A DNA stretch of 64,000 nt from Octopus vulgaris (GCA_951406725.2 OX597814.1:183582001-183646000), one strand, 5' to 3'. Shown: positions 37,048 through 50,299, counted from the first letter of the stretch. Translations and numbers: made by a program. The notes: generated by a model from the sequence alone, not told the origin.

Positions 37048-38991
37048 GTTAGAACCGCTTCTAAGCTTTAGTGGGGGCAATTTCGTTTGACCATAACCCT
37101 GAAGACCCCAAATCAGGCGGCCACATGGTTTTGTGTTTCTGACTCATTCACTGGCATCGTTATTTCCCTCGTTATTTTTAGCCATAAGCACAAAATAATG
37201 TAGCTATTTGCGCTATACACTTCTAGAGCTATATTCTCAAACGAAATCACGCCCGTTAAAACGGACATACGGGTTCAATGGCTTAATACGTAACGTTTTT
37301 CTTATTTTGTGGTGTTTCATGCATTTAACATTGCCAAGTATTCGAAGATTGTTTTCTGGTTTGTTTAATCTCTTACGAAATTTAATTTTCTCACAAAAGA
37401 AAAGAATAAATATAAAAAACACAATAATCATTATTTAAGGGTTTCTTGAATCATGGAAGGCATTTGAATGTTTCCTCATGGGTAGTAATTTAGGTAAACG
37501 CTGATCTATATTGTTTTGACAGTTTTTCATAATTTGTAATTTGAGCTGTACTGTATTTATCCTACACTTGGTGATTGTACCCACTTCTGCGATATTCAGA
37601 AGTCCCTTTTATAGCTACGGTGTTTTGAATTTGATCCCAATGCCCCGCTCCATATAGTAGTGTCTTCCATCATAACTTCAGGTAGTATACTGCTTTGAGG
37701 GTGATATTTTGGCTTAAAAAACTGTGTGGAAGAGGAATGAAAAGATCGCTCATTTTGCTGGGCGGTATACACCATATTGTCTTCCCTTTTAACACATTCA
37801 CATTGCCATTGGTTTAGAGTGCCTCAACTAGGTTCGGAGGCTCCGGACATGGCGCTACGTTTTACCTTTGACTAAACCATTAAAAATATCTATTGATATA
37901 AAAATATTTGTGGATATGTGAAAAAATCACGTACTCGGCAGGTTTCTCCAACCTATTATTGATAGTTGCTGTATACAGAACCGTATTGATCGTCGAAAGT
38001 CTCAATAAGATTTTGCGATAATGTCGATATATTTCCTTGGTTTCGTCAAAAAACTCTTTTATTTGAGCTGAGTAAACTTCTCGTCCATCTGACGATTTTT
38101 TTCAATGTATATATTTTACAGTTATATACATATCATACAAGTTTTCCTTGTAGATATAATGAATGTTGAATGGTAGTGATAATGATAATGTTGGCTCGGT
38201 GATCGCTTTCCTCAATAACTGACAGCTTTTGATTCGTGTTAAATATTTAATGTTTTTGAATACTGACTGACATTACAAAAGTGTGTTATAACAATTTTGA
38301 ATATAAATGTTGGACTTGAGATGTCTGTAACTTAAGATATTTCGATGCGAAGTGATTTATTTTCAGGTATATACCATACACGTAGGAGTTTAATCGCTTC
38401 TTATAGCTGGGTATTCAGTAAAAGCGAAATGTTGGTGTAAAGGGAAATGTTTTGCTTTAATACCTGAGGCATCATCGGCAGCCAAACAAGTTGATATTCA
38501 AGTCTGTCATGATATTAAGCGTATTATCTAGAAACATCCTTGGTTAATAAATGGAGCTTTTATAACAGAAATTCCAATTATAAACTATATATATATATAT
38601 ATATATGCATGTGTGTGTATGTATATATATATACATATATATGTACATACATACACACACACAAACACACACACACACACATATATCATTCACTTTAGAG
38701 TTATCTATACAGATTTTCTGTAGAATTGAGAGTCCGCCCTATGTACGTACCAGATAACAGGAATGAATATTTGATATCTAAATTAATCTATGCAATAGTG
38801 TTACAACGCTAAACCTAGTGACTACTTAAGCACTGTGTTCGTGGATGGTTAATGGGATGCAAGCGGTTCTGAGCAGAATAACTATCGAAATATGCATATA
38901 CACCTATTACATAATATTGTATCTTCGATCGCGTTGTTTACGTAGATATATTCGTATACGTGACAACGTAACCTTCAGTGCCGTCTTTAAA

Positions 38992-39354
38992 TCCTTATAT
39001 ATAAAAGAGAGGTTGTGTGCTGTCTGTCTCCTACAATTTAGATTCCTAACTACTCCCACATAGTCGTGATTCATATCGAGCCCTTCTGGGTATTAGCGCG
39101 CGTCTACGATGAGTCTACGATTTAAAAAAAGATTTACCATCAATTTTTCCCATTTTAAATGCATTTTTGACATATATAAGGGAAGTAACTCTCTTAAAAT
39201 TTATTATTAAATCTCAGAACGTAAAAAGCTACAATAACACCCCCGCCCCTTTGTGGTTATCCATATTGAGATGGCTATTATACTTTACATCTCTAAAAAT
39301 GCTTATATAGTTATTTCCCTTACAAACCCGAGCAACGCCGGGCGATACTGCTAG
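38992..39354 (+). mobile_element. Complete non-autonomous Helitron
   Basis: A|TC 5' end, subterminal hairpin CCCGAGCAACGCCGGG, 3' CTAG|T, no TSD; 5' ~200 bp shared with 49946-50179. Confidence 0.85.
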
Positions 39355-39644
39355 TTCTATATAAAATTTGTAGAGATTGAATCGCACTGTCAACACAAAT
39401 GAAGGACACAGTATTGACTTATAAATATTTAAATTACTCAGTAGTGTATTATGGCTCCGAAAAGAAATGCGGTATCCCTACTAGTAATTAATATGTACGT
39501 ACATTTTGCCAGGAATGTCTTTAATATGTAAATTGATCTATCCAGAAGTGTTACAGTGCTAAGCTTAGTGGCTCTTTAAGCGACGCGTTCATGGAAGGTT
39601 AATGGGCTGGTTGTGGATGAAATATGTATACACACCTGTTACAT

Positions 39645-40345
39645 AGGAGATATATAACAGACTGACAAAAACAAACGGAGTATTCAATTGATAGTAGTAA
39701 AGTGACCAGGACAATCACCATCTCAGGAAAGACACAGCGAGCTGCGAATACCTATTTATTTATTACCCACAAGGGGCTAAACACAGAGAGGACAAACAAG
39801 GACAGACAAACGGATTAAGTCGATTATATCGACCCCAGTGCGTAACTGGTACTTATTTAATCGACCCCAAAAGGATGGGAACTGATCACCGTCCTATACG
39901 GCACTGGGTCGTCATTTACTTAACATTTCCATCTATAAAGTCTTGAAATTTCCGGCCATCGTTGCTTCTGCGCCCTATTGGAGTAGGTCCTACATGTAGA
40001 AGCCACTGGCGTCAAGGCCTTGCTACCAAAATCACAGCTGCACTGGAAAGACGCATATTCAGGTGATCACTACCTGCCCAAGATTATGCTATATAGGGAA
40101 TTCTACATTTCTATTATTGCAGAGGGGAATAAAAACCCCGATGCCATAATATCAACAGTGTTGTATTATAACTCCCAATCAGGAAAATTGGAGACATAAT
40201 ATTTAACATTCAATTTCTTTCCAGACTGTACAAAGGACTTTATTTGAAGAAAGTTAAAATCTATTAAGAACTCAGCAATATCCAGTCCTGAACAAAATTT
40301 GATTTGTAACCACTGCGACAGGTTTGCCTTTTATATATTCACTCG
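39645..40345 (+). pseudogene. Decayed RTE (BovB-like) LINE C-terminal region, interrupted by SINE B
   Basis: EIYNRLTKTNGVF; TVLYGT; ALLPKSQLHW..YLPKIMLYREF (QLRW..RLPK..LYGEL-like); LICNHCDR finger start. Confidence 0.55.
39753..39877 (-). mobile_element. SINE family B, 5'-truncated young copy
   Basis: Near-identical to the 52584-52710 tail region. Confidence 0.88.
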
Positions 40346-40349
40346 TGGA

Positions 40350-40406
40350 GTGGGCAGCGGGCCTACGGTCTACGTGGGCAGCGGGCCTACGGTCTACGTG
40401 GGCAGC
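40350..40406. repeat. Perfect 24-bp tandem duplication GTGGGCAGCGGGCCTACGGTCTAC x2.4
   Basis: Direct. Confidence 0.9.
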
Positions 40407-40967
40407 TCCGATTATGAAACAATGAATCGAGCCATGCCGCATACAAACACCTACAAAGGTAATTCGTATGAAAAATGCATGTAACTATATCTGTAAGAAT
40501 ATAACAATGGGTGTACGGATGAGTGTGTGTGTATAGTGGTATGAATGTGAAACTGTGTGTGAATAACGGTTTGTGTATCTGCGCATATACATACTGGTGA
40601 ATATTGTCGTTTAAAATACCAATGCCATTTGAGTAGTGGCATCTGTTTGCATGTGCATAGAAGGAATAGGAAGAGGCAAAAGGAGAAAGAGAGTGTAAAA
40701 TATAGAACGGAAGCGAGGAAGTGTGAGGGAGAAAGAAATAATGTTAGAAAAGTACGAAATATATAAAATAAGAATGCATAGAGATAAATAATGATTTATT
40801 GATATGAAAGAATTCTACAGTTAGACAAGGTATATAGAAAAATAGGAGCGAAAAAAACGACAAAAACAAACAGGAGATAAAGAGTCAAAGAGAGGAGAAA
40901 ATACGAAGCAGATTTAATAGGTAGATTCGGAGACTGATATACGTATTAACGAAGAAAAAAAAACAGG

Positions 40968-41020
<53 letters not shown>

Positions 41021-41025
41021 CCACA

Positions 41026-41057
<32 letters not shown>

Positions 41058-41129
41058 CCACAACACACACACACGCGTACATACAGATGGATAGATAGCT
41101 ACACAAAGATATATCATGTGTATGTGTGT

Positions 41130-41203
41130 GTATATATTTATATATATATATATTATATATATATATATTATACATATATATATATATATATATTATATTA
41201 TAT

Positions 41204-41250
<47 letters not shown>

Positions 41251-41411
41251 ATTATATATATATATATATTATATATATATATATTATATATATATAAATA
41301 TCATATATATATATAAATATCATATATATATAAATATCATATATATATATAAATATCATATATATATATAAATATCATATATATATATAAATATCATATA
41401 TATATATAAAT

Positions 41412-41455
<44 letters not shown>
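41130..41455. repeat. (TA)n-derived tract with higher-order ~20-bp unit (ATATATATATAAATATCAT-like)
   Basis: AAATATCAT recurs at about 20-bp spacing. Confidence 0.9.
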
Positions 41456-41459
<4 letters not shown>

Positions 41460-42053
41460 CATACATATATACATGTATGTATGTATGTATGGTGATAAAT
41501 CTGATCGGACAATGTTATTTATCATTCATCACATCTTTCTGTCAATAAACAATCGGAAGGAACTCTCTTGAAGAATTTCTCTGACTTCAAGAGTCATATT
41601 TTATCACTGACGTTTCCCTGCAGTTTATTACATATCTCAGAGATATTTACGAAAGACTGGATAAATATATGTTTTAGAAGGCAGATGGAACAGTTTGAAG
41701 TTGATGCTATTCACTGTCATTCCACTGACTCTGTTATCAGGAATTCAATCAACAGATTCCGAGAAACTTGATATACATGTTCGCCTTTATCGCTTGTAAT
41801 TTTAGCTGGTCGAACTGATGTTTCTGACTATTTTTATCCTGTATATGAATAGAGGAGGAAAACGCGTGTGTATAGAAAGGAGAAAAAAAAAACTGTTGAA
41901 CATCTTTTATAAGAAAAAAAAGCGTAATATGTAGATGTACCTCCAATTATGTGTATGATCCACACACACATTCACGCGCGCGCACACACACACACTTCTT
42001 TTATGAAGCATGTATATACTGAGTTCCAACGCCAGGTTATTAGTATCGCCATA

Positions 42054-42097
<44 letters not shown>

Positions 42098-42125
42098 AAA
42101 ACAAAGTGTACGTACGCCGCTATAT

Positions 42126-42348
42126 ATATATATGTAGTTAATCCAAACATGAAAACACAAAGAGAAAAACACACCAACGCGAGGACGTGGAACAAGTATA
42201 GTCTTATAGGACTCTCAGGAAAGGAAAGAAAGAAGGTGGATTTAACGTTTCGAGCGGAGCTCTTCGTCAGAAACATAGGGAAAGGAAATATCCAAGGAAG
42301 GGAAGACGGAGGGAAAAAAATCGCCAAAGGTACGCACGAGGTCACGTG
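42126..42348 (-). mobile_element. Family H-related element with canonical hammerhead core
   Basis: Same layout (pyrimidine-rich arm, hammerhead, TTCCTGAG.., T-rich 3' end into (TA)n) but diverged sequence. Confidence 0.65.
42240..42274 (-). ncRNA. Minimal type-I hammerhead ribozyme motif with canonical CUGACGA core
   Basis: Reverse complement: gttt CTGACGA A GAGC TCC GCTC GAAAC GTT aaat; palindromic AACGTT helix III. Confidence 0.7.
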
Positions 42349-42377
42349 TATATGTATGTATACAGCTGCACAAAGAC

Positions 42378-42898
42378 ATAGAATTTGATTAAATTAGAAG
42401 GACACATTGGTATAATTTTATCCAAAATCTCCAAGAGGATAAGGAGATAGACAAAGACCATATTTTACCAACATCATAGTTGTAACTGAAATTTTTTCAA
42501 GAAGACACAGCTTAGCATTGGTCTGCTTAATAGCAGCCAACAACTTGTTTGAAGTATTCTCTTACTAAACCTCATGACATTGCTTCAAATAAATCTTGAT
42601 TTATGACTATGCCCTTAGAATGTCTGTCTACTCCACCAACACTACCCTACGCCATACAGATACCATCCTCTGCTTTCTCTCAGATTTGATTAACTAGTCT
42701 ATAAAATAAAACTGCCCCCCCCCCCCGTTATTAAAACTAAATAACAAAAAAATCAGTGAAAAGCAGCGTCTTCTTGAAAACATTTCAGTTATTACTGTGA
42801 TATTGTTGATAAAACATGTTCTTTGTCGATCTCCTTATCCTCTTGGAGATTTTGGATAGAATTATATCAATGTGTCCTAATTTAATTAAATTCTATAT
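42378..42898. mobile_element. Fold-back/MITE-like element with ~135-bp terminal inverted repeats
   Basis: 42378-42514 is the reverse complement of 42761-42898 (e.g. TCCAAAATCTCCAAGAGGATAAGGAGAT / ATCTCCTTATCCTCTTGGAGATTTTGGA). Confidence 0.7.
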
Positions 42899-43204
42899 AT
42901 TGTAAGTTATTCCCTTACATTGAATTGAACATATATTAGAAATGGTTGTTAACTTTCATGTAGACGATAAAGCTGTTTTCTTCTGGCCAATATTATAATG
43001 GGTACATATAAACTTCTGATCTATTATAGTATTTCGGTTTATAAATGAAGCAAACATCGCACAGACTTTGAGTTATGTCTAATACAAAAACATATGTACT
43101 ATACTTTATTAGAGTTTAGTATTATATCAAACAAAAATATACATACCTTTTCTTAGACGAATATAGTGTGATGCTGACAATATCAATTCAAAGTTATAAT
43201 CTTT

Positions 43205-45065
43205 ATGCAAAGTTTAGGTTGTTGATCTCATGTTAAAAAATTCCTTATAGACAATGCTTCGGGGTTTGCCGGTAGGCGCAAAAACGAAAAGATTGTTCTT
43301 GCTCCCCACTCTGGATGTCCGAATATATAACTGACCGTGTGAGAAACAGTTCTCGTCTAACTGCAAGCCAGCAACTTTCAAAGTCTGACTACGAGACTTA
43401 TTAATGGACATTACAAAAGGCAGACGTATTGGAAATAGAAGGTATTAAGGGTAAGCGAAGAATAAAAACATCTTCTTTCCCACAACCAGAAATTATTGTG
43501 GCCTGTATGACATGTCTCATTAATTTCTTGGCAACAAGTCTTGGACCATTGCACGGCTTTGGTTGAGAAATGTTGCGTAGAAGCATGATTAGAACGCCTA
43601 TTTTCAATGGAAGGAAATGAGGTGGAGCGCCTGGTGGCTGCAGTGAGTTTAACAACTCAACCGGCTAATTGATTATTTCCGATTCATCCACAATAGTCTA
43701 TAGATTTGTACGTATGTTCGTTTCCTGGTAAAAGTTTCTCGAGTCTTTCATTTAAATTATTCAGAATAACGTTCGTTGGTTTCATGATTGCTCTTTCGCA
43801 CAATCAATCGGCATTTGTGTAATTTAAAATTATACTTGCAAAAACTTTTTCAATAAGTTTCTCAACCAAGCTGGCCAAGGTGTAGATTTTTGATGGATTC
43901 AAGACATCTTCATGATTGATATTTAGCCTTCCTCCTCCAAGTTTCAAAACAGTATGGGCAAATTGTCCCGATTGATGATCCCCACGCAAGTATGCCTTCA
44001 TATTTGTAGAAAGCTTTACCACTTTGATTATATGTTTCCATAAAATAGAAGATTTCAAGCATGCTTTCAATTCATCCGCCTTTATTGCCTTGGGAATCAC
44101 TGGCAAAGTTTGACTGACATCACCTGAAAGTACTACTGCCACACCTCGCATCACACAATTGGAATTGCGCAAATCTTGCAGCATTCTATAAACAGCTTCT
44201 ACTGATTTCTTTTTGGACAATGATCAAAGAACATTTCATGGGAACTTGAGCTAAAGAATATCTTTTGCTAATATTGCAGACATGTTCATCGTTTGACGTT
44301 AGATTGAATGGTAGCTTGAAAACTGCGCGATCTCTTCGACCTTATGGGAGTAAAGTCGCAGCAATTCCAGAGTTCGCTACAGCTAAAACTATTTCCTTTT
44401 TTTTGCCGGACTTTAGCTAGCACTAAATTTGTAACAAAAGATTTTCCAGTTCATCCTGGTGCGTCTAAAAAATATAATCTTCCTATCTTAACTGTCACTT
44501 GCTCAATCATTACTATATATACAAATTATTGATCTGGCAAAAGTTCGGGACGTTTTCTTTAAAGAATCTTTAAGGAATGAATATCATATAAAATTTCTCG
44601 CAAAATGTCTGTGATCAAAATATTCATCTGATTTCTATGAGCTTCAGCTAAGCCAAACCTGCTGAGCTCCTCCCCCTCCCCTGAGACAACGCGATCTTCA
44701 ATATCAACCAATGCAGAATTTTATATGCCCTCGTTGAATGCTATTTCTCTGTGAGGGAATCTTAATTTAGCTTGATATGTGTAGTTTTCTGATAAATCAT
44801 TCTTATATTTGTGCCACAACGCTAATAGATTACTTGCTTCACAATTCAGGAGAAGAATCGCCAAACGATCTCTCAAAGAAATAGGTGTGCGTGACACTGA
44901 AGCCTCAGCCTTTGATCTATCCCACTGATTGTCGTTTTCTAACAAATTTAAGGCTAAAAAGACTTCTCTATAAGTACGGACAGTTTGACCATCAATCGTT
45001 TTTAGGAAGGAGAAGGAACTCGGTCATCTTATTTCATGAAGAAGCAGCCTCAAAAAGAAAGATTG
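43205..45065 (-). pseudogene. Decayed Helitron RepHel, PIF1-family helicase region
   Basis: FFLRLLL..KTIDG..LLENDNQW; FLDAPG*TGKSF (Walker A); SGIAATLL; VVLSGDVSQTLPV; KLSTNMK; [24 protein letters not shown]; [24 protein letters not shown]; many stops and frameshifts. Confidence 0.9.
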
Positions 45066-45889
45066 TTAGTGACTCGGATGCAGAGAGTAAACTCTTCCGA
45101 TTGTCGAGTCAAATAATTTTATACTTGAATGACCCTAAACGTCAGCTCCTCCAATATAAAGTAATGGAGGTTATTAGTGTTATACACGCACTCACACATA
45201 CACACACACACACATGCACATACACACATACACTGACAGACAAATAGACAGACAGAAACACACACACACAACGACACACGTTATTATGCGTGTCGTTATA
45301 TTACATGTATAGCATATCTAGAGAAGAGTGCCACACCGAATTTGTTTCTTCCTATGTTTAGGGAAAATGGGTGTTTTCAAATGAAAAATTGTACAAACAT
45401 GATTAAGTGAGATAGGAAATTGACAGCTGACCTCATAAATTCTGATGTGGAATACGTGAAAGAAAGGAAAAATGTGAGAGTGAAATCTAAGTTATGGCTT
45501 CTATTCTGAAGGTATACAGGGATTAAAACGAAAGTGATCTTCTACGATTTCTGTTATGAAGGTAGGCAGCGAAAAAAGATATAAATATAGAACGAATGTA
45601 AAATGATATTTTACGGCGATGCTGATGCGCCACCTATAACGGCAGTGCATCAGCATGGCCGCAGCTCTGAGCTGAAACTAGGGAGAAAAAATACCTATAT
45701 CAATATGAAATACTGGAGCTTATTAAAGTTATACATCTATCCACACACATACGTTATTATTTGTGTAGTTATATTACACATATGGCATAACTACAGAAGT
45801 GTGCCCCACAGTATTTTGAAATAAAATGTAGAAATATAATAATCCTATAAAAATTATGTCCCTTAGGCAGGATATTTATTTTTAATTTG

Positions 45890-47410
45890 GTTTAATTTGG
45901 TTTCCCAGCAATCCCCCTCAAATCGTGCAAACATGCCCTGGCACAACCACTATAGATTATCTTCCTGAGTTTACTTGCAAATGGTAAGCTACCAAGCAAA
46001 TTGAAGGAGGAAATAATAAGCCCAATCCATAAATGAGGAAGCAGATGCCAAAAGTTATAGGTCAATTTCTCTGACTTCACACATCAGCAACGTCATAGAA
46101 CGAATAGTCAGAGCGAAATTAATCTCATTCCTTGAAGGAAATAACTTGCTGAGTGATACCCAGCATGGTTTTCGACCAGGTAGGTGCTGTGTCAGGCAGC
46201 TCCTACATCACTATGACTGGGTGTTGAAGCAGTTGCTCGATAACTCAAATGTGGACGTAATATAACTTGACTTTGCAAAAGATTTTGATAAAGTTGATCA
46301 TGGTATGATATGCTACAAACTGCGCAATTTTGGCATAGCTGGAAAACTTAGGGAGTGGTTACATGACATTTTGAAAGGTAGAAGTTAGGCATTAGTAACC
46401 AATAGAGTCACCTCAAAGGAAACACAAATAGAGAGTGGTGTTCCACAGGACACTGTCTTAGGACCACTGCTTTTCATAGTGGCCCTCTCAGATATGCCCT
46501 CATCTGCCCAGATAGACACCCTTGCTACTTACACAGATGATACGAAAGTCTCGTAGAAAATTCAAAACCCTAGCGATGTTGCACACCTGCAGCAGGAATT
46601 GGACGCAATTTACAGATGGGCTGAGGACAATAATATGTAGTTTAATGCCGGAAAATACTAAGCCCTGCGCTATTAACAGTCAAAATTAAACGAAAAACTT
46701 ACAGAGTACACAGTCCCAGAGGGAAATCCAATCCCAGAACCTAAATCACCGCGTGACATGGGAACGGGTAGTGTCAGAGCTATGCTGTCGGGAACTTCGG
46801 TTCCTGGTAGGGCCACCCAAGGCGGATTGATCTGGCACCGAGTGGTATTAGGGCCACAATCCGGCAGACGGGGCTCTGGTGAAAATCCTCAGAGTGTCTG
46901 TTTCGGTAACTGGCGGCTCCTCGGTCGTTCTGTCCCTGCGTCTGCGGACAATCTGCGGCAAACAGGATGTCTCTACATGCGGGATTGTTGGAGACCGCTT
47001 GTGAATTCCATATTCCCACGAAACTTCTATGAATTCTCAATGGCACTACTAAATACAATGGGTCCGCAGGTGGTCGGCCCGCGCTGATGGAACCGTGACT
47101 GGCTCGCTATCTCCAGTGAACTGGCGCAGGACCGTCGTGTGTGGGCTGCCATGGTTCGAGATGCCTCGAGGGTGCTAGAAGAAGCCGACCCAACCCGTCC
47201 AGGGTGAATGTCGCCACAAGTACAAGTAAGTAAGAGAACCTTCAAAACCAGAGAAAAGGAAACCATGATGGTCCTCTGTAGGACATTCGTCCTCAGCTTC
47301 CTGGACTGCTGCTCCCAACTATGGTCAGCCCACAGCGTAAAATTACCAGAGGACCATGAAGCAATCCAGCAAAGCTTCACAAAGAAGATCGTCTCATTGC
47401 AATAGCTTCT
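45890..47410 (+). pseudogene. Decayed CR1/L2-like RT ORF, interrupted at ~46763-47232
   Basis: YRSISLTSHISNVIERIV; QHGFRPGR; LDFAKDFDKVDH; SGVPQDTVLGPLLF; TYTDDTKV; resumes RTFKTREKETMMVLCRTFV..LDCCSQLWS. Confidence 0.88.
46763..47232 (+). mobile_element. 3' fragment of an RTE-like LINE with (CAAGTA/AAGT) tail nested in the CR1-like element
   Basis: WLAISSELAQDRRVWAAMVRDA (LAQDR..W motif); ends CACAAGTACAAGTAAGTAAG; GC-rich relative to flanks. Confidence 0.65.
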
Positions 47411-47449
47411 TATTAGGTATTCAGACATACAGGTATTTTTCAATGATAA

Positions 47450-48140
47450 TGATTATCCAATCACGCGAGATGAAATTAAAACTGAATTAAGATTCCCGTA
47501 AATGGCAGATCAGTAGGAGTTGATGACATCCCTGCAGAAATACTGTTGCACAGTGATGAAGAAGCCACGATACACATCGTTGTTATCGCCATTAGCAATA
47601 AAATTTGGCAGGCACCAGTTTGACCAATGCCTTAGTCTCAGTCGTTGATCATAGTTCTTCACAAAGAAAGACAATCTCTAACTATGCCACAATTACCGTA
47701 TCATCGTAGTAAGATTAGTCATCCTAAATAGACCAAAACTTAAAGCAGAAAATATTTTTGCTGAAAAGCAGTTTTCTGTAAAAGTACATTGTTGAGCTGG
47801 TCTTCAACCTTCGCACACTGTTAGAAATACCTTCGGTGTAAACTATCCCTATATCATGCCTTCAAAGACTTTAAGATGGCTTTGAAAGAGTTGGCACAAT
47901 GCTCTGTGGACTACAATGAAAATATTCAACATGGATTTGAACTAACAGCTGTACACCAAGCAGCCGTTGTAGTACTCATTCAACGCACTATCGAGGATTG
48001 GTTCCTTACAATCGTAGGAGACCGTGAGGAACCTACGTCCCCACTCTCTTAACCTCTTGGAACATATTATGAGTTTAATATGTGGAAAAAATCAGCATTG
48101 GTGGAAGAATTATCATAAGTTTCCTTTCTTTTGATGTCAT
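47450..48140 (+). pseudogene. Heavily decayed RTE-clade RT fragment
   Basis: PITRDEIK; GRSVGVDDIPAEIL; NKIWQ; SLIIVLHK; CHNYRII; FKDFKMAL. Confidence 0.6.
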
Positions 48141-48674
48141 TGTGGTGTGTATGTATAAACATATACATACATATTTGTTGTTCTCTCGTGATAATTCAAG
48201 CACCCTAACTTATGTATCACTCTTTTTTTCTGCAAGGAAGAGTGCATTTTGATAATTTACATACGCAGATAATTTATGATGAGTGAGTTTGACAGTAAAA
48301 GTTGAGAAATAAATGAAACCAGAAAAAAAATCAGTTTCAATAGGCAAGAAAAATTGTCATTTAACATCCGACAATTTTGCAACAATATGTAATAGAAAAT
48401 TTATGCTCCAAAGAAGCAATTATATTACTCGTTTCAATTCTGAAATGTTCTGTTCAAGAGGTCGCATAATGTTTAATGACACTGTTATATCAGATAATGT
48501 CATTAATAATATACTCTCCTATATATAGCTAAAGGAAATTCAAACAACAAATATAGCCATAATGTGAAATGTACTTTTAACACTGTTGTTTGTCAACGTC
48601 AGGTGATAATCAATTAAGCCAGGAATGGCAACAAGTATTTCGTTTAAAGACAGATTCACAATAATAATGATAGT

Positions 48675-49070
48675 TTCAGATTTTAGCACAGTACCAGTAA
48701 TTTTTGATGGGAGGAGGAAGTCTATTACATCTGTATTTGACTAGTACTTGACTAGTACATGCTTCACCGATTTCGACCGGAAGAAAGCAAAGTCGGCCCC
48801 GGCGGAATTTGAACTCAACGTCAAGACGAAAGAAATCTTGCTAAGCACTTTGCCCGACGTTCAAGTACAGACATAAGGCCTGAAATTATTGGAGGAGTGG
48901 GGTTAGTTGATTACCTCGATCCCAGTGGTCAACTGATACTATCTTATTGACCTGGAAATCATAAAAAGCAAAGTCGATCTCGACGGAATTTGAACCCAGA
49001 ACAGAAAGACAGACGAAATGCCGTTTAGCATTTTGTCCAGCGTAGTGACAATTCCACCAATTCGCCGCCA
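48675..49070 (-). mobile_element. Two old SINE family B copies in tandem
   Basis: AAAGTCG..C.CG.CGGAATTTGAAC twice (about 48790 and 48970) with old-type tails. Confidence 0.75.
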
Positions 49071-49332
49071 GTTCAGAATGATAACAATGACAAATTGAAT
49101 AGGTAGACCTTGAGAAGTAATGTAAATGTGAATCCAATAATTAAATTCCACTACAAATCTCCCGCTGGAGAAGATTTCTACAGCATGAAAATAATACATT
49201 TTTGCGCCAACCAAAAGATATTTACGAGTTGCTTCCCCTGCAAAAATAGCTGAATCCTTTTCAGATTACAATTTTTTAAAAGTCAATGTACATGAAATAT
49301 GTAGTCTTAGATATAATAGGTTTATATAGAAA

Positions 49333-50179
49333 CTAGCAGAATTGCCCGGCGTTGCTCGGGGCTGAATTGCTTGAAAGTACTGTTAATGATTGCACTGAAT
49401 TATGATGATTATTCAGGCAAATATTGATATAAGTTTACGGTGGGAGATAAGGACTTAACGATCAAACGTGTGCCATTGCATTGTTTTGGGGGAACCAAAT
49501 TTCTGATGAGCATTATAGGGGCACCAACTTTAAGTTTGAGAAAGTGTGGTGGTAGTCCGGGGTGCTCAAAGGAATTGAGTACCTCTATTGGATAGTTGAT
49601 GACGTCCTCTGGGTCAGGAGTTGTATCGATAGACTGATATACATAGACTTCCCCAGGAATGAGTTTTAGCATTTCATCATTAATATGGTGAACAGTTTTA
49701 TTCCTCGGGGCCAGTATAGCCTTTTTGCCAATCCAATCCATATTCTGATAATTAGCTTGTAGATCTGGGAACACTGCATCTCTGAGATCAGAAGGCGTCT
49801 TAACAATGTTACAAATGGAATCGATGGCAATATTACCATTTTCATCCCCTGGTATTTTGCCTTCGCCAAGTGCAAGGAGGGTGTGAGGAAATGCTGCCGA
49901 TGTGATATTACGTCGCATATGAGCACGCATATTGGTGTGAAGTTTGAGAGTTACTTCCCTTTATTAAAAAAAATATGCATTAAAATGGAAAAAAATGATG
50001 GTAAATTATTTGTAAAATCATAGACTTATCGGAGACGCGCGCTAATACCCAGAAGGGCTCGATATGAATCACGACTATAAGATACCCGGTTTTAGTTAAA
50101 CTGCATCGCAAAATGTGGGAGTAGTTAGGAATCTAAATCGGAGTAGACAGACACACAACCTTTCTTTTATATATAAATA
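49333..50179 (-). mobile_element. Non-autonomous Helitron carrying an open PIF1 helicase fragment
   Basis: Same 5' end and same 3' hairpin + CTAG as 38992-39354; internal ORF 49409-49930. Confidence 0.85.
49409..49945 (-). pseudogene. Helitron PIF1-helicase internal fragment (173-aa open ORF, no Walker A)
   Basis: KLHTNMRAH..LLALGEG..AILAPRN..INDEML..YQSID..LNSFEHPGLPPHFLKLKVGAPIMLIRNL..CNGTRLIV. Confidence 0.85.
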
Positions 50180-50299
50180 TTTTCGTCCTAAAAAATTTGT
50201 ATGGATTGAATGGTTACCTCTATAGAAATATATACACGCACATTATACATACATGTGTGTATAGATGAATATATAAATACATTTAAATATCTATATACA

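Noticed and set aside
43205-45065. Host PIF1 gene
   Set aside because: Intronless, riddled with stops and frameshifts, and preceded by the Helitron-specific LRLLL..TIDG..LLE.D..W segment
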